From sequence record PV357171.2: DNA of 64,000 nucleotides. One strand, given 5' to 3'. The stretch comes from a phage. Shown here piece by piece: positions 25,813 through 35,080 of the stretch (its first letter is position 1; the number at the start of each line of letters is the position of its first letter). The notes beneath the pieces are model-generated. The model saw only the letters and a list, made by a program, of their open reading frames with translations, did not search any database and had not been told where the DNA came from. A program made the translations under genes and the position numbers.

Positions 25813-26013
25813 CTATTCACGGTAGACACGCCAGCCGTCTAGCTTCCATTCTTCCCCCTTGCGAATATTGAAAAACCAATCATTAAAATTGTAACCATCT
25901 TCTGACATGATCACGCCGTTTTCTTTCATGTACAAAAATTCATTGCTAGTAAAATATTGATTACTAACTTTAAAACCTTGTTTCATTTTTTCTAGTGCTT
26001 CATCTTTAGTCAT
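25813..26013 (-). CDS. hypothetical small protein (resembles a small phage-associated family with conserved Trp residues)
   Basis: 66 aa; EALEKMKQGFKV...DGW pattern; family assignment is by recollection only. Confidence 0.4.
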   Translation of the reverse strand: MTKDEALEKMKQGFKVSNQYFTSNEFLYMKENGVIMSEDGYNFNDWFFNIRKGEEWKLDGWRVYRE

Positions 26014-26354
26014 TGCGCCACCTTTCGAAACGCTGTTTCAATACTATCCGCAGTGGATTGAATATACGCGCCTTTCATTATCAGGCGCTCGGTACATACC
26101 TTGCGGAAAATATTAATAAAATCATCTTCGTTTTCTGCAATTAATGCTTCACCCATAACCTGAACGTCACAAGATGCAAAGGTCAAAAATTGAAACGCTA
26201 GTTCACGGGCAACGACCGCATTAATTTTATAGTGCGCCTTGCCCTCATAAATATTAATAACGCCCTTATATTCAGGGGAAAGCTGATTTAAATAGTTTGC
26301 TAATAATGCCGGACGGCAATTAGCAACAAAACGATTGCCCTCATAAATTACCAT
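26010..26354 (-). CDS. hypothetical protein
   Basis: Start set at an internal ATG next to the upstream stop (track extends to 26393). Confidence 0.4.
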   Translation of the reverse strand: MVIYEGNRFVANCRPALLANYLNQLSPEYKGVINIYEGKAHYKINAVVARELAFQFLTFASCDVQVMGEALIAENEDDFINIFRKVCTERLIMKGAYIQSTADSIETAFRKVAQ

Positions 26355-26355
26355 T

Positions 26356-26568
26356 TTATAACACTCCACGAAAGGCCGCGTAAAAGGTGGCAAAATGTTT
26401 AACCGTCTCAGCGATCACGTTGCCCCGTTTATCGAATTTCTTTTCTGTAACACGAAAGGCGTTTTTGTTGCGTGCTACATATTCGATTTTACAATCTGGA
26501 CGCTCGAACGTGTTAACGTCCACCAGCTTAAAGCCTTTCGAACGTGTAAGGGAAACGTTACGGATCAT
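26356..26568 (-). CDS. hypothetical basic protein
   Basis: 70-aa ORF in a back-to-back array. Confidence 0.4.
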   Translation of the reverse strand: MIRNVSLTRSKGFKLVDVNTFERPDCKIEYVARNKNAFRVTEKKFDKRGNVIAETVKHFATFYAAFRGVL

Positions 26569-26570
26569 TT

Positions 26571-26759
26571 TTATTCTCCTTTACTAGTCATGCAGCCCAG
26601 CAGATAAGAAAAAACGGCGATACCCGCGCCAATAATAACCATTGGTTTTGTATTTACTAAACCACAATAGGAATCCTGAATACCATAAGCGGTGGCGAAA
26701 AGAGTCAGAATAGCGCCCAAGATACCTGCTAGAATAGCTCGAAAAATAACCATTTTCAT
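26571..26759 (-). CDS. hypothetical membrane protein (two transmembrane helices)
   Basis: Internal start MKMVIFRAILAG... chosen (track extends to 26840). Confidence 0.4.
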   Translation of the reverse strand: MKMVIFRAILAGILGAILTLFATAYGIQDSYCGLVNTKPMVIIGAGIAVFSYLLGCMTSKGE

Positions 26760-26800
26760 TCTCCTAGAAATTAGAGGCGAAAGTAACGCCCAGTTATTGG

Positions 26801-27028
26801 TTACATTAAAACGATTTTGGCGGCTTGTTTTTTGGTGCAATGTTCCGCTTTCAATTCATCCAGCAAAAATCCAGCTGTTTGCTGATCAATCTTGTCATTA
26901 TTGTAAAGCTCCTGAATGGTAACATAAGTTTTAGCAATCCCAAATTCAGAAACCATAACGCTTACAATAGCGGGAACGGATACCCATTCCATACCATTAA
27001 AAATTGCAGAAGATGATGAATGTACCAT
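26801..27028 (-). CDS. hypothetical protein
   Basis: 75-aa ORF, first gene of the - strand array. Confidence 0.35.
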   Translation of the reverse strand: MVHSSSSAIFNGMEWVSVPAIVSVMVSEFGIAKTYVTIQELYNNDKIDQQTAGFLLDELKAEHCTKKQAAKIVLM

Positions 27029-27357
27029 TTTAACGCCTCCTAGAAATCAGGGAAAATTTTCAATCCACCGTTTTGGTGTAAAGGCATTATAACAAAAAAG
27101 GCCACCATAAAAGGCGACCTTTACAAAACTTTACATTAGGTTAATTATTACTCGCTTTCGGTGCTAACGGTAAAAGTAGAAATATCAATACCTTTCACCA
27201 TTTCCAGCATTGCCGCCACCTGGCCGCCGCGTTGGGTCTTTACTTTAATATTACCCCACAGCGTTTAGCTCGTTAGAAAGCGATTTAGGCCGCTTATTTT
27301 GGGCATCATTATAGTATGCTTCCCATTTACCCTGTATATTTATACAGTGGAATAACC

Positions 27358-27366
27358 TGTGGATAA
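27358..27366 (-). promoter_or_regulatory. DnaA-box consensus 9-mer (TGTGGATAA on + strand; inside right inverted repeat)
   Basis: Perfect reverse-complement 9-mer. Confidence 0.5.
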
Positions 27367-27430
27367 GTCTGTGTAAAAGTGCTGTAAAGCCTTCCTATTG
27401 TGTCAATCAAATTTACAAAATGTATAAACC

Positions 27431-27439
27431 TGTGGATAA
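27431..27439 (-). promoter_or_regulatory. DnaA-box consensus 9-mer (TGTGGATAA on + strand)
   Basis: Perfect reverse-complement 9-mer. Confidence 0.5.
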
Positions 27440-27581
27440 CTTAAATGATAGTGGTTCTCACTAACTAATTTATACAGTTATTATATAACAAAATATAGTT
27501 AGTTGGCTAATAGGATTTTAAAGTGATTATGAGTCTGCTAAGTAAACCTGAAAAACTCATTAGGTAGTCTGCTAATGATTT

Positions 27582-27590
27582 TGATATAAT
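27582..27590 (+). promoter_or_regulatory. extended -10 promoter element (TGATATAAT)
   Basis: TGnTATAAT followed by AAACTAATA...AAGGAAACA leader before the HNH gene. Confidence 0.4.
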
Positions 27591-27630
27591 ATAATAGAGA
27601 TTAAACTAATAACATAAGGAAACAATAACA

Positions 27631-28149
27631 ATGGGTCTATTTAAAGATATAGATTATTCGCTTGCTAATGATAACTTTTATTATGATGAAACATCCCCAT
27701 CATTTCTAAGATGGAAAGTACAGAAAGGTAATAGTAAGGTGGGGGATATTGCAGGGCATTATAGTAACACAGGTTACTATCGAGTAAAGTTAGCAGGCGA
27801 ACAATACGCAGTGCATAGAATAATATGGGTATTATTTAATGGTGAGATTGATAGCAATCTAACAATCGATCATAATGATCGTAACCGTGCTAATAATAAC
27901 ATTAATAATCTTCGCTTAGTAGATCATAAGCAGAATACGAATAACAAGAAAGATTATAAGCGTGCTAATAAGTTGCCTAAGCATATCTATTATAATGGTT
28001 CTAGAGTTGATAATAACGGAAGAAACTATTTGCGCGCTATAGTTAAAGATCCTACTAGTAACAAAAGTGTTAGTAAATCAGGTTATGATTTACAAGAGTT
28101 ATTATTATGGGTAGAAACTAAAAAAGCTGAATTTGGGATTGTCAATTAA
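27631..28149 (+). CDS. HNH homing endonuclease
   Basis: 172 aa; YYDETSPSFLRWKV N-terminal motif and DHNDRNRANNNINNLRLV HNH-like core. Confidence 0.7.
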   Translation: MGLFKDIDYSLANDNFYYDETSPSFLRWKVQKGNSKVGDIAGHYSNTGYYRVKLAGEQYAVHRIIWVLFNGEIDSNLTIDHNDRNRANNNINNLRLVDHKQNTNNKKDYKRANKLPKHIYYNGSRVDNNGRNYLRAIVKDPTSNKSVSKSGYDLQELLLWVETKKAEFGIVN

Positions 28150-28494
28150 TTTATTTTATAAATTAACGCAATGCCACTTGATTTTAAAAAGTCAATACCT
28201 TTTCCAACTATTTTTCAATTTTGCTTTTGTTAAATATTTGTTAAATCGAAAATGGGCCGCCTAAAACGCCCTAGAAAGCGGTAAAATTTTCAGGTATGCC
28301 ATTGCATTGCCTACCCTCGTTTATCGCTACCACGAGCTTTCTAGATTTTGTCAATATCCCCAAAGCAAATATAAATGAAAAAATTACTTGCCTATCTGCT
28401 TGGTTTTATGGTATTCACGCGCCCGTTCCTTTTAATTTAGGTGAGCGCCGCACGCCGTCCGGTGAAACTGTATTAGCCATATTGCTAATAATTT

Positions 28495-28503
28495 TGGTAT
28501 AAT
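28495..28503 (+). promoter_or_regulatory. extended -10 promoter element (TGGTATAAT)
   Basis: Near-duplicate of the 27582 promoter-leader. Confidence 0.4.
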
Positions 28504-28537
28504 ATAATAACCAAATGAAACTAATAGGAGAATATTA

Positions 28538-28879
28538 ATGATTGAGCTAACAAAAGATATTGATTTAGAAACTGTGCTAGATAATCTTTACTATGATGAA
28601 ACTAGTCCCAGTTGCCTACGGTGGAAAGTATCCCGCCCCGGTTGCGCCCTTCATGGGGTAGCAGGTACTAAAAGAAAGGATGGTTACTGGTCTGTACAGC
28701 TCAATAAAGAGCGTTACCTAGCGCATCGTATCGTGTGGTTATTATTTAATTATAAAATAGATAGCAAACTAGTAATTGATCATATTGATCGTAACCCTAG
28801 TAATAATTTTATTGATAACTTACGGTTAGTAACTCAAGCCGAAAACAACCAAAATAAGGGAGGCTATAGAAAGGCGTAA
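28538..28879 (+). CDS. HNH homing endonuclease paralog, C-terminally shorter (possibly degenerate)
   Basis: 113 aa; same N-terminal and HNH motifs as 27631..28149 but ends about 60 aa earlier. Confidence 0.5.
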   Translation: MIELTKDIDLETVLDNLYYDETSPSCLRWKVSRPGCALHGVAGTKRKDGYWSVQLNKERYLAHRIVWLLFNYKIDSKLVIDHIDRNPSNNFIDNLRLVTQAENNQNKGGYRKA

Positions 28880-28966
28880 AACTTACGTTTCTTTACAAAA
28901 ATAAGGTTGCGCCCTTTTCGGGAATCTCCTATTATTTATCACGTAGGGCGGCAATGACGAACTACA

Positions 28967-28995
28967 CGGCGGGAAGTTTACCGCCGCGCTCTTTA
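28967..28995 (+). terminator. candidate terminator hairpin
   Basis: CGGCGGG-aagttta-CCGCCG followed by a moderately T/A-rich tract. Confidence 0.35.
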
Positions 28996-29308
28996 AAAAT
29001 TGGGTACATCTTAAAGCCTATCGGCGGTAAACTTATTCATTATAAGGAATCGACGATATGAAACAAACTTTATTGATCACTGGCAAGCCTAGCAAGGCAC
29101 TAGATAGCAAAACAAAAAATTTGTTGACAGTAGCGCAAAATTCTGTAAAATGGCGATTCAAGCAATATTTGCAAGGTCGCCAGCAAGGTTTAGAAATGAT
29201 CTGGCGAAACATTATGATTGACCTGAAGGAAAATCATAAAAAATCTCAAAAAATTGTTTGACAGCCTAGCCGATAGGTTTTAAGATGTACCCAGTTCGAA
29301 AAGAGCGA
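28987..29308. other. small ORF flanked by about 39-bp imperfect inverted repeats (28987-29025 and 29270-29308)
   Basis: Left CGCTCTTTAAAAATTGGGTACATCTTAAAGCCTATCGGC versus reverse complement of right CGCTCTTTTCGAACTGGGTACATCTTAAAACCTATCGGC. Confidence 0.5.
29058..29261 (+). CDS. hypothetical basic protein
   Basis: 67-aa ORF between the inverted repeats; internal TTGACA-N16-TAAAAT promoter-like site. Confidence 0.4.
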   Translation: MKQTLLITGKPSKALDSKTKNLLTVAQNSVKWRFKQYLQGRQQGLEMIWRNIMIDLKENHKKSQKIV

Positions 29309-29490
29309 TAACTTGATAAAATTTGACGGTCGGCACTTACCATAATGTGCCCCGCCCCCTAACGGGATATAGCGGCCTACGTGGAGTTCTTTAAATTGAT
29401 TATATTGGCGAGCGGATTGTTACTTATTACCTGCTGTTACTTTCTAGCAGGTAATGCGGAACAATCCCCAAATAACTAGGAGTTTATATT

Positions 29491-29742
29491 ATGAAAAACG
29501 TTATTACCGCGCCTAAAATTGGTCAATCCGTTTTCATCCCTTTCGTTACTAAAACGGATGAATTAACCGGAAAAGCCGAGCGCATCAAAGGCGCAGCGCT
29601 TATGCCATTTGATACAATCGACGCGGTATACGCTGAAACGGAACGAAGTAACAACGGAAAAACTATTTACAGCGTTCGGGTTAAATCCGGCGACGTTGTA
29701 AAGGTTGTTCAACGCAACGAAAAATGGGAAGCTGTATTGTAA
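29491..29742 (+). CDS. hypothetical protein
   Basis: 83 aa; TAGGAG Shine-Dalgarno. Confidence 0.5.
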   Translation: MKNVITAPKIGQSVFIPFVTKTDELTGKAERIKGAALMPFDTIDAVYAETERSNNGKTIYSVRVKSGDVVKVVQRNEKWEAVL

Positions 29743-29840
29743 TTTAGTGTTAACTTTATATCCCCCAGTAGTTCGGGGGATATAACGATTAACATTATGT
29801 TAATCTAATCCCTTAAATTAAACTAATAGGAGTTTTTACC

Positions 29841-30248
29841 ATGACTAACGCAAAAACCGCAAAATTCGCATGGAATGAAGAAAACACTCAGAAAGCTGTT
29901 ACCATGTACCAGCAGTTAATCAACGAAAACGGTTTAGATTTTGCAAATAGCGACGGCCTGAAAGAGATTGCAAAAGCAGTAGGCGCGGCTTCTCCTGTGT
30001 CTGTTCGCTCAAAATTGACCAGTGCAAAAGCCTATCAAAAAAGCGATAAGCCGCGTAAAGTTGGCGGCGGTAGTTCAATCCGTAAAGCGCATTATGTGCG
30101 AGTAATTGCAAAACACGCTATCGATTCCGGCATTATCAAAGACGCCGATGATCTGGCAAGCCTTGAAAGTGCTAAACTGGAAACGCTGGACGCAGTAGCG
30201 CAACTGTTAGGCGTTGCCGATGAAGTAAAACAGGCCGCAGGTGAATAA
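29841..30248 (+). CDS. hypothetical pre-early-type protein (possibly A2-like)
   Basis: 135 aa; TAGGAG Shine-Dalgarno; sits upstream of the A1-like gene; A2 identity is a guess from size and position. Confidence 0.45.
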   Translation: MTNAKTAKFAWNEENTQKAVTMYQQLINENGLDFANSDGLKEIAKAVGAASPVSVRSKLTSAKAYQKSDKPRKVGGGSSIRKAHYVRVIAKHAIDSGIIKDADDLASLESAKLETLDAVAQLLGVADEVKQAAGE

Positions 30249-30303
30249 TTATATACCTTGCCCCCTTTAGTGAGGGGGCAATAATATAACTGTTTAGCGA
30301 TAG

Positions 30304-30534
30304 TTGTTATCTTCCCTTAAATCAGGAGTTTTAAAAATGATTTTCTTTCCTACTGAGTCATTAATTTTAGGCTTGTTTATTATGGCGGCCTCGTTATTGT
30401 TCGCTTATTTTCAAAATGATTTAGATTCATATTATTTTAAACGTAAATCTAAATTAGCAAAACGTTTAGGTCTGCTTTGTTTTATCGCTGCCGTTGCTTG
30501 TGGTGTTAGTTCTAGCCTAGTGCCTTTAAATTAA
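30304..30534 (+). CDS. hypothetical membrane protein
   Basis: 76 aa with two hydrophobic helices. Confidence 0.45.
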   Translation: MLSSLKSGVLKMIFFPTESLILGLFIMAASLLFAYFQNDLDSYYFKRKSKLAKRLGLLCFIAAVACGVSSSLVPLN

Positions 30535-30624
30535 TGTTGCAAATTATAACGCCTATTGTTCGAGGCGTTATATTTGGCAATATTGCCGTTATTAACCTAA
30601 TCCCTTTAATGGAGCTTTATTACT

Positions 30625-32295
30625 ATGATTATTTCCGCAGAAAAACAAACCGTTATCCTGAAAATGGCCGCTGACTTTAATTTCTATGGTAAACGTCTGC
30701 GCGCTACTAAACTGGAGGTCTGCGACGATATATCAAAAGCAGTCTACGATACAACGAAACATTCCACCGCCATTTGTGATTGGCTGGAAGCAAACAAACC
30801 AGCGAAACCAAAAGCGGCAAAAGTAGCAAAAGCCATTAAAAACGATGAGCGCCCCGAAGCGGCGGGGATTGTTTCTAGCACGGTTGAACAGTGGGAAGTA
30901 AAACAGGGTAAACGCTTTATTATTACGTCGATTCAGAATAATACTTTCCCGCATAAAAACTTTTTAGCCTCGCTTGAACAATTTGCTAAATATATCGGCG
31001 CTGATTTGCTTGTTTCTAAGTATATTTATAATAAAAACGGTTTTCAAAATGGCGAGGGCGCGGATGGAATAAAGTATGATTCCGCGTTCGATAAATATAT
31101 TTGCAGCAAAAACGTGTTTTTACATAACCGCCGTTTTGCTTTCATGGCTGAAATTAATGTTTTGCCAACCGCAGATTATCCGCTTTCTGGATTCGCAGAA
31201 ACTGCTACCGCGCTCAATATTGAAGGGCTGGCAATTGGTCACGCTAAAATTACCGCCGAAAGCGTGCCAGCTTTAAAAGGTGAAGTAGTGCGCCGTATGT
31301 ATTCAACCGGAACGGCAACGCTCAAAAACTACATTCAGCAGAAAGCAGGACAAAAGGCCGAGGCGCTGCATAACTTCGGTGCGCTTATTGTTGAGTTCGA
31401 TGATGATGGGGAATTTTTTGTTCGCCAGCTTGAAACAATGGACGAAAGCGGGGTGTTTTATGATCTGAATGTTTGCGCTACTCCTGCCGGATGCTATGAA
31501 ACATCGGGGCATGTTTTAGGCTTGCAGTATGGCGATATTCACGCCGAAAAATTAGATGAGGAGTGCGCCGCCGCATCTTGGGGGCATGGTGATACCTATG
31601 GGCTAGTAGATATTCTTAAACCAAAATATCAGTTTGTGCATGACGTGCATGATTTTACATCGCGCAATCATCATAACCGCGCATCCGGTGTATTCCTAGC
31701 GAAACAGTATGCCGCCGGACGTGATAAAGTTCTGGATGATCTTATCGATACCGGTCGCGTGCTGGAATCAATGGAACGTGATTTTAGTCAAACAATCATT
31801 GTTGAATCGAATCACGATTTGGCGCTATCCCGTTGGCTTGATGATCGTAATGCTAACATTAAGGACGATCCCGCCAACGCCGAACTATATCACCGCCTGA
31901 ATGCTGCGATTTACGGAGCTATTGCAGAAAAAGACGACACCTTCAACGTGCTAGATTATGCGCTGCGCAAGGTTGCAGGTTGTGAATTTAACGCCATTTT
32001 CCTAACGACTGACCAATCTTTCAAGATTGCAGGTATTGAATGCGGCGTACACGGTCACAATGGCATTAACGGGAGCCGTGGCAATCCGAAACAATTTAAG
32101 AAATTGGGCAAATTAAACACCGGACACACTCATACCGCCAGCATTTACGGCGGCGTTTATACCGCTGGCGTGGCTGGTAGTCTGGATATGGGTTACAACG
32201 TTGGCGCGTCAAGCTGGACACAAACGCATTTAATTACCTATGCAAACGGTCAACGCACTTTGATTGACTTTAAAAACGGTAAATTCTTTGCGTAA
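30625..32295 (+). CDS. A1: A1-like pre-early protein, calcineurin-like metallophosphoesterase fold
   Basis: 556 aa; GDIH, NHD, GHNG and GHTH metallophosphoesterase motifs in order; length matches T5 A1 as recalled. Confidence 0.65.
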   Translation: MIISAEKQTVILKMAADFNFYGKRLRATKLEVCDDISKAVYDTTKHSTAICDWLEANKPAKPKAAKVAKAIKNDERPEAAGIVSSTVEQWEVKQGKRFIITSIQNNTFPHKNFLASLEQFAKYIGADLLVSKYIYNKNGFQNGEGADGIKYDSAFDKYICSKNVFLHNRRFAFMAEINVLPTADYPLSGFAETATALNIEGLAIGHAKITAESVPALKGEVVRRMYSTGTATLKNYIQQKAGQKAEALHNFGALIVEFDDDGEFFVRQLETMDESGVFYDLNVCATPAGCYETSGHVLGLQYGDIHAEKLDEECAAASWGHGDTYGLVDILKPKYQFVHDVHDFTSRNHHNRASGVFLAKQYAAGRDKVLDDLIDTGRVLESMERDFSQTIIVESNHDLALSRWLDDRNANIKDDPANAELYHRLNAAIYGAIAEKDDTFNVLDYALRKVAGCEFNAIFLTTDQSFKIAGIECGVHGHNGINGSRGNPKQFKKLGKLNTGHTHTASIYGGVYTAGVAGSLDMGYNVGASSWTQTHLITYANGQRTLIDFKNGKFFA

Positions 32296-32351
32296 TTAAA
32301 TTATTCCCCTAGCGGCTTGAAATATAGCCGCTATTATAGGAGCTAAATTAA

Positions 32352-32609
32352 ATGAAAGTTACATTACCCAAAACATTGGACGAAAAAGTATTTATTTCAC
32401 CGGATGAAATGGAATCTGATAAAGTTTACAGCTTCGGGCCTATCCTAGCCGCCAAAACTAATACGGATGGTATTATTTCCGTCGATTCCCGTGATAACGA
32501 TATTGTTCCTTTTGATGATGATGGCGCTTTTTATGAGTGGCTAAGCGATAATAATTTACCCGTAAACGGTGAATTAACGCCATACCAGATGCAGATTATT
32601 ATCAAATAA
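32352..32609 (+). CDS. hypothetical acidic protein
   Basis: 85 aa; TAGGAG Shine-Dalgarno. Confidence 0.5.
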   Translation: MKVTLPKTLDEKVFISPDEMESDKVYSFGPILAAKTNTDGIISVDSRDNDIVPFDDDGAFYEWLSDNNLPVNGELTPYQMQIIIK

Positions 32610-32647
32610 ATTAAATCCATTATTAAACTAATTGGAGTTTTATAAAT

Positions 32648-33040
32648 ATGAAAAAGCAAAATATTCCCTTCGATCGCGCTCAGTCCTCAATTGTTCTGGT
32701 TTATTCCAACGGCGAACGTTACCACGTCGAGGCTGGACACGTTATTGATGACCTATTAGATTTCAATGACGCTTTGCAGGTTACTACCTTTGCATATACG
32801 CAGGGCAAACTAACCAGCCATATTAAAGCAAAAGGCGTTTATGTTGACACGGTGAAACAAGAAACGATTATCATCGACGCCGTAAAATCCGGCCTAGCCT
32901 TTGCAGTTGTCGCGCCTTGCCTCGCTTGCCTTGATGATCAATTGATTAGTGCAAAGGTCTACACATGTGCGGGGATTCGTTCTAGCGTATCCGGTGAGGA
33001 TGTTAGTTTTATCGCTGATGCGTTGGCTTATGGTCTTTAA
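32648..33040 (+). CDS. hypothetical protein
   Basis: 130 aa; GGAG Shine-Dalgarno. Confidence 0.5.
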   Translation: MKKQNIPFDRAQSSIVLVYSNGERYHVEAGHVIDDLLDFNDALQVTTFAYTQGKLTSHIKAKGVYVDTVKQETIIIDAVKSGLAFAVVAPCLACLDDQLISAKVYTCAGIRSSVSGEDVSFIADALAYGL

Positions 33041-33120
33041 TAGTTGATTTATTATTGCCCGCTTATAAATAGCGGGTAATGCTGAATTAATCTAATCCCT
33101 TAAATGGAGAACGTAACAAA

Positions 33121-33855
33121 ATGAATCAAGTTAAAACGAATATTACCCGTAATTTCCCGCATATTTCCCGCGTCATGATTTGGGATCTTGATGGCACTAT
33201 CGTTAATTCATTCCATCGTGTCGCGCCTTGCTTTGATAGCGACGGGAATTTAAATTTAAATAAGTATAAAAATGAGGCTTGCAAACATGATTTAATAATG
33301 CAAGATACTTTATTGCCTTTGGTGGAATATATGCGCCAATGCATGAATGACGCAAATACTTTAAACATTATTTGCACCGCTCGACTGATGAGCAAATCAG
33401 ACTATTATTATTTGCGTAAACAAGGATTGCGCGGGCGTGGTGATAGTAATATCCGTGTATTTTCCCGCGATACACTGCATAAATATTTTGAGGCTGATAA
33501 GGTTAGCGAAATATACCACAGCAAAGACGCAGTTTATAAATCGTATTATTTTGAGCTATTCAAACAACTATATCCGAACGCTGATTTTACAATGATTGAT
33601 GATCATAAAGGTGTATTATCAGCGGCAGCGTCATACGGATTTAAAACGCTGGACGCGCAAGCCGTTAATGATATTCTATCAATCGGCGTGGCATTGATAG
33701 GCGGAACCTTTATTGATGAATCTCTCGATGATGATAATGATTATCAGTTCCTAGCGGACCGATTGAAATTATGTTGGGAAAGTATGACCGAGGAAGAACG
33801 CGCAGAATATAGTTGCAGCCCGCAACAATATATTGAGAAATTAAAAGTTGCGTAA
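33121..33855 (+). CDS. dmp: HAD-superfamily phosphatase, 5'-deoxyribonucleotidase (dmp-like)
   Basis: 244 aa; DLDGT HAD motif I near the N-terminus; location in the pre-early block. Confidence 0.6.
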   Translation: MNQVKTNITRNFPHISRVMIWDLDGTIVNSFHRVAPCFDSDGNLNLNKYKNEACKHDLIMQDTLLPLVEYMRQCMNDANTLNIICTARLMSKSDYYYLRKQGLRGRGDSNIRVFSRDTLHKYFEADKVSEIYHSKDAVYKSYYFELFKQLYPNADFTMIDDHKGVLSAAASYGFKTLDAQAVNDILSIGVALIGGTFIDESLDDDNDYQFLADRLKLCWESMTEEERAEYSCSPQQYIEKLKVA

Positions 33856-34017
33856 TAATTAAAGTTGAAATAGTCACGGTGTGTAATGATAACATGCCGT
33901 GACTATTAGCTTGCTAAGTACCGGGCGGTAATGAGACTCATTCTCATCTGGGGGGCCACTGCACCCACCCACGCGTACGTAATCCAAAGAATTTGGCAAA
34001 AGTCATTTTAGTGCTAA

Positions 34018-34557
34018 TTAACTGTTTAATTGGGCAACGTCTGGTATACTTCCTTTGAACATCTCCTGTATTGCAAAGTCACCATGAAATGTCCTTCTTA
34101 GTAAATTTGCATAATTTACGGCATCTTCTAATCCGCTATAGGGAAAGTACTTAGTAGTACCCCTTATCAGCCCCTGTTTATCATGTAATCTTACCATCCA
34201 CTTCTGAAGTTCTTTATGCCATGTAACATTTAGATAGCCTGATGATGCTCTTGAGATTCTGCCATTATGATTATTCTCTGTAATTGAAGCCTCTCTTAAA
34301 TTTGACCATCTATTATTTAGTTTATTCCTATCTATGTGGTCTACACATTCCTCTGGCCATCTATTCTCCATAATAACAAAAGCTACTTGATGTGCATAAG
34401 CTTTAAACCCTCGATACTTAAGCTGCCTATATCCCCTATTTAAAGTACCTGCTTCTTTACCCTTACGATTGCCTCTTTTCCAGGTAAAAACTCCGGTTTC
34501 GGGATCATAAGCAAATACTTCTTGTATTTCCTGTATGTTTAAATTATTCTTCATCAC
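34018..34557 (-). CDS. HNH endonuclease with AP2-like DNA-binding domain
   Basis: 179 aa; CVDHIDRNKLNNRWSNL HNH core; intact paralog of the frameshifted 18437 gene. Confidence 0.7.
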   Translation of the reverse strand: MMKNNLNIQEIQEVFAYDPETGVFTWKRGNRKGKEAGTLNRGYRQLKYRGFKAYAHQVAFVIMENRWPEECVDHIDRNKLNNRWSNLREASITENNHNGRISRASSGYLNVTWHKELQKWMVRLHDKQGLIRGTTKYFPYSGLEDAVNYANLLRRTFHGDFAIQEMFKGSIPDVAQLNS

Positions 34558-34789
34558 TCACCTTTGCCCGAAATCTCTTCCGCGACGCCCGAGATCCATC
34601 CGACCACTCCCGCTCAAACTCCGCACGTTTCTCGTCAAACTTCCGCTCCCTTTCCGCAATCTTCCGCTCCCTTTCCGCAATCTCCCGCGATACTTCCGCA
34701 GTATACTTACGATGCTTGTTAATAGCCGCAGTCATTCCGAAAACTCCCGCAAGTACCCCGATAATAAAAGCAATTATAATACTAAACAT
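34544..34789 (-). CDS. hypothetical membrane protein with charged repeat tail
   Basis: 81 aa; N-terminal transmembrane helix; REIAERERKIAERERK repeat. Confidence 0.45.
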   Translation of the reverse strand: MFSIIIAFIIGVLAGVFGMTAAINKHRKYTAEVSREIAERERKIAERERKFDEKRAEFEREWSDGSRASRKRFRAKVSDEE

Positions 34790-34976
34790 CTAATTCCCTC
34801 TCAATTTGCAGAATACGGGTACTATCACAACGTTGGAGTTCTACTAATTTTTCTAGAGCAAATTGTTGTTGTTTTACCTGAGCTTCTAGAGTTTTTAGGC
34901 GAACATACGCGTTATAAGAAACAATGAAAGTTGCCCAGACTAGTATTACTATTAGTGTAGCTACTACTTCCATCAT
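34782..34976 (-). CDS. small membrane / coiled-coil protein
   Basis: 64 aa; N-terminal transmembrane helix; ATGA-coupled to neighbours. Confidence 0.4.
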   Translation of the reverse strand: MMEVVATLIVILVWATFIVSYNAYVRLKTLEAQVKQQQFALEKLVELQRCDSTRILQIERELDV

Positions 34977-35080
34977 TTACGTTTCTCCGTTAGTAAAGTT
35001 TCAATTCTAGCTAAGTGATTATCTAAAATACATTGCCCAATAATCATAATTCCCAGTAATGAAATAATTACCCATTCCAT
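34975..35080 (-). CDS. small membrane protein (35 aa), paralog of 35080..35235
   Basis: Begins MEWVII and ends RIETLLTEKRK; GAGGAG Shine-Dalgarno; below track cutoff. Confidence 0.3.

Larger units (their letters stand above)
25332..27373. other. 2-kb cassette flanked by about 42-bp imperfect inverted repeats (25332-25373 and 27332-27373)
   Basis: Left arm CACAGACTTATCCCCAGGTTATTCTACTGTATAAATATACAG versus reverse complement of right arm, about 40/42 identical; encloses six - strand small ORFs; no transposase. Confidence 0.55.

Noticed and set aside
25267-27439. Host-like oriC or a transposon/IS element
   Set aside because: Four DnaA boxes and inverted repeats are present, but there is no transposase or integrase and no duplicated target site that I can see, and the context is a phage pre-early region; reported as an unusual cassette rather than a mobile element.
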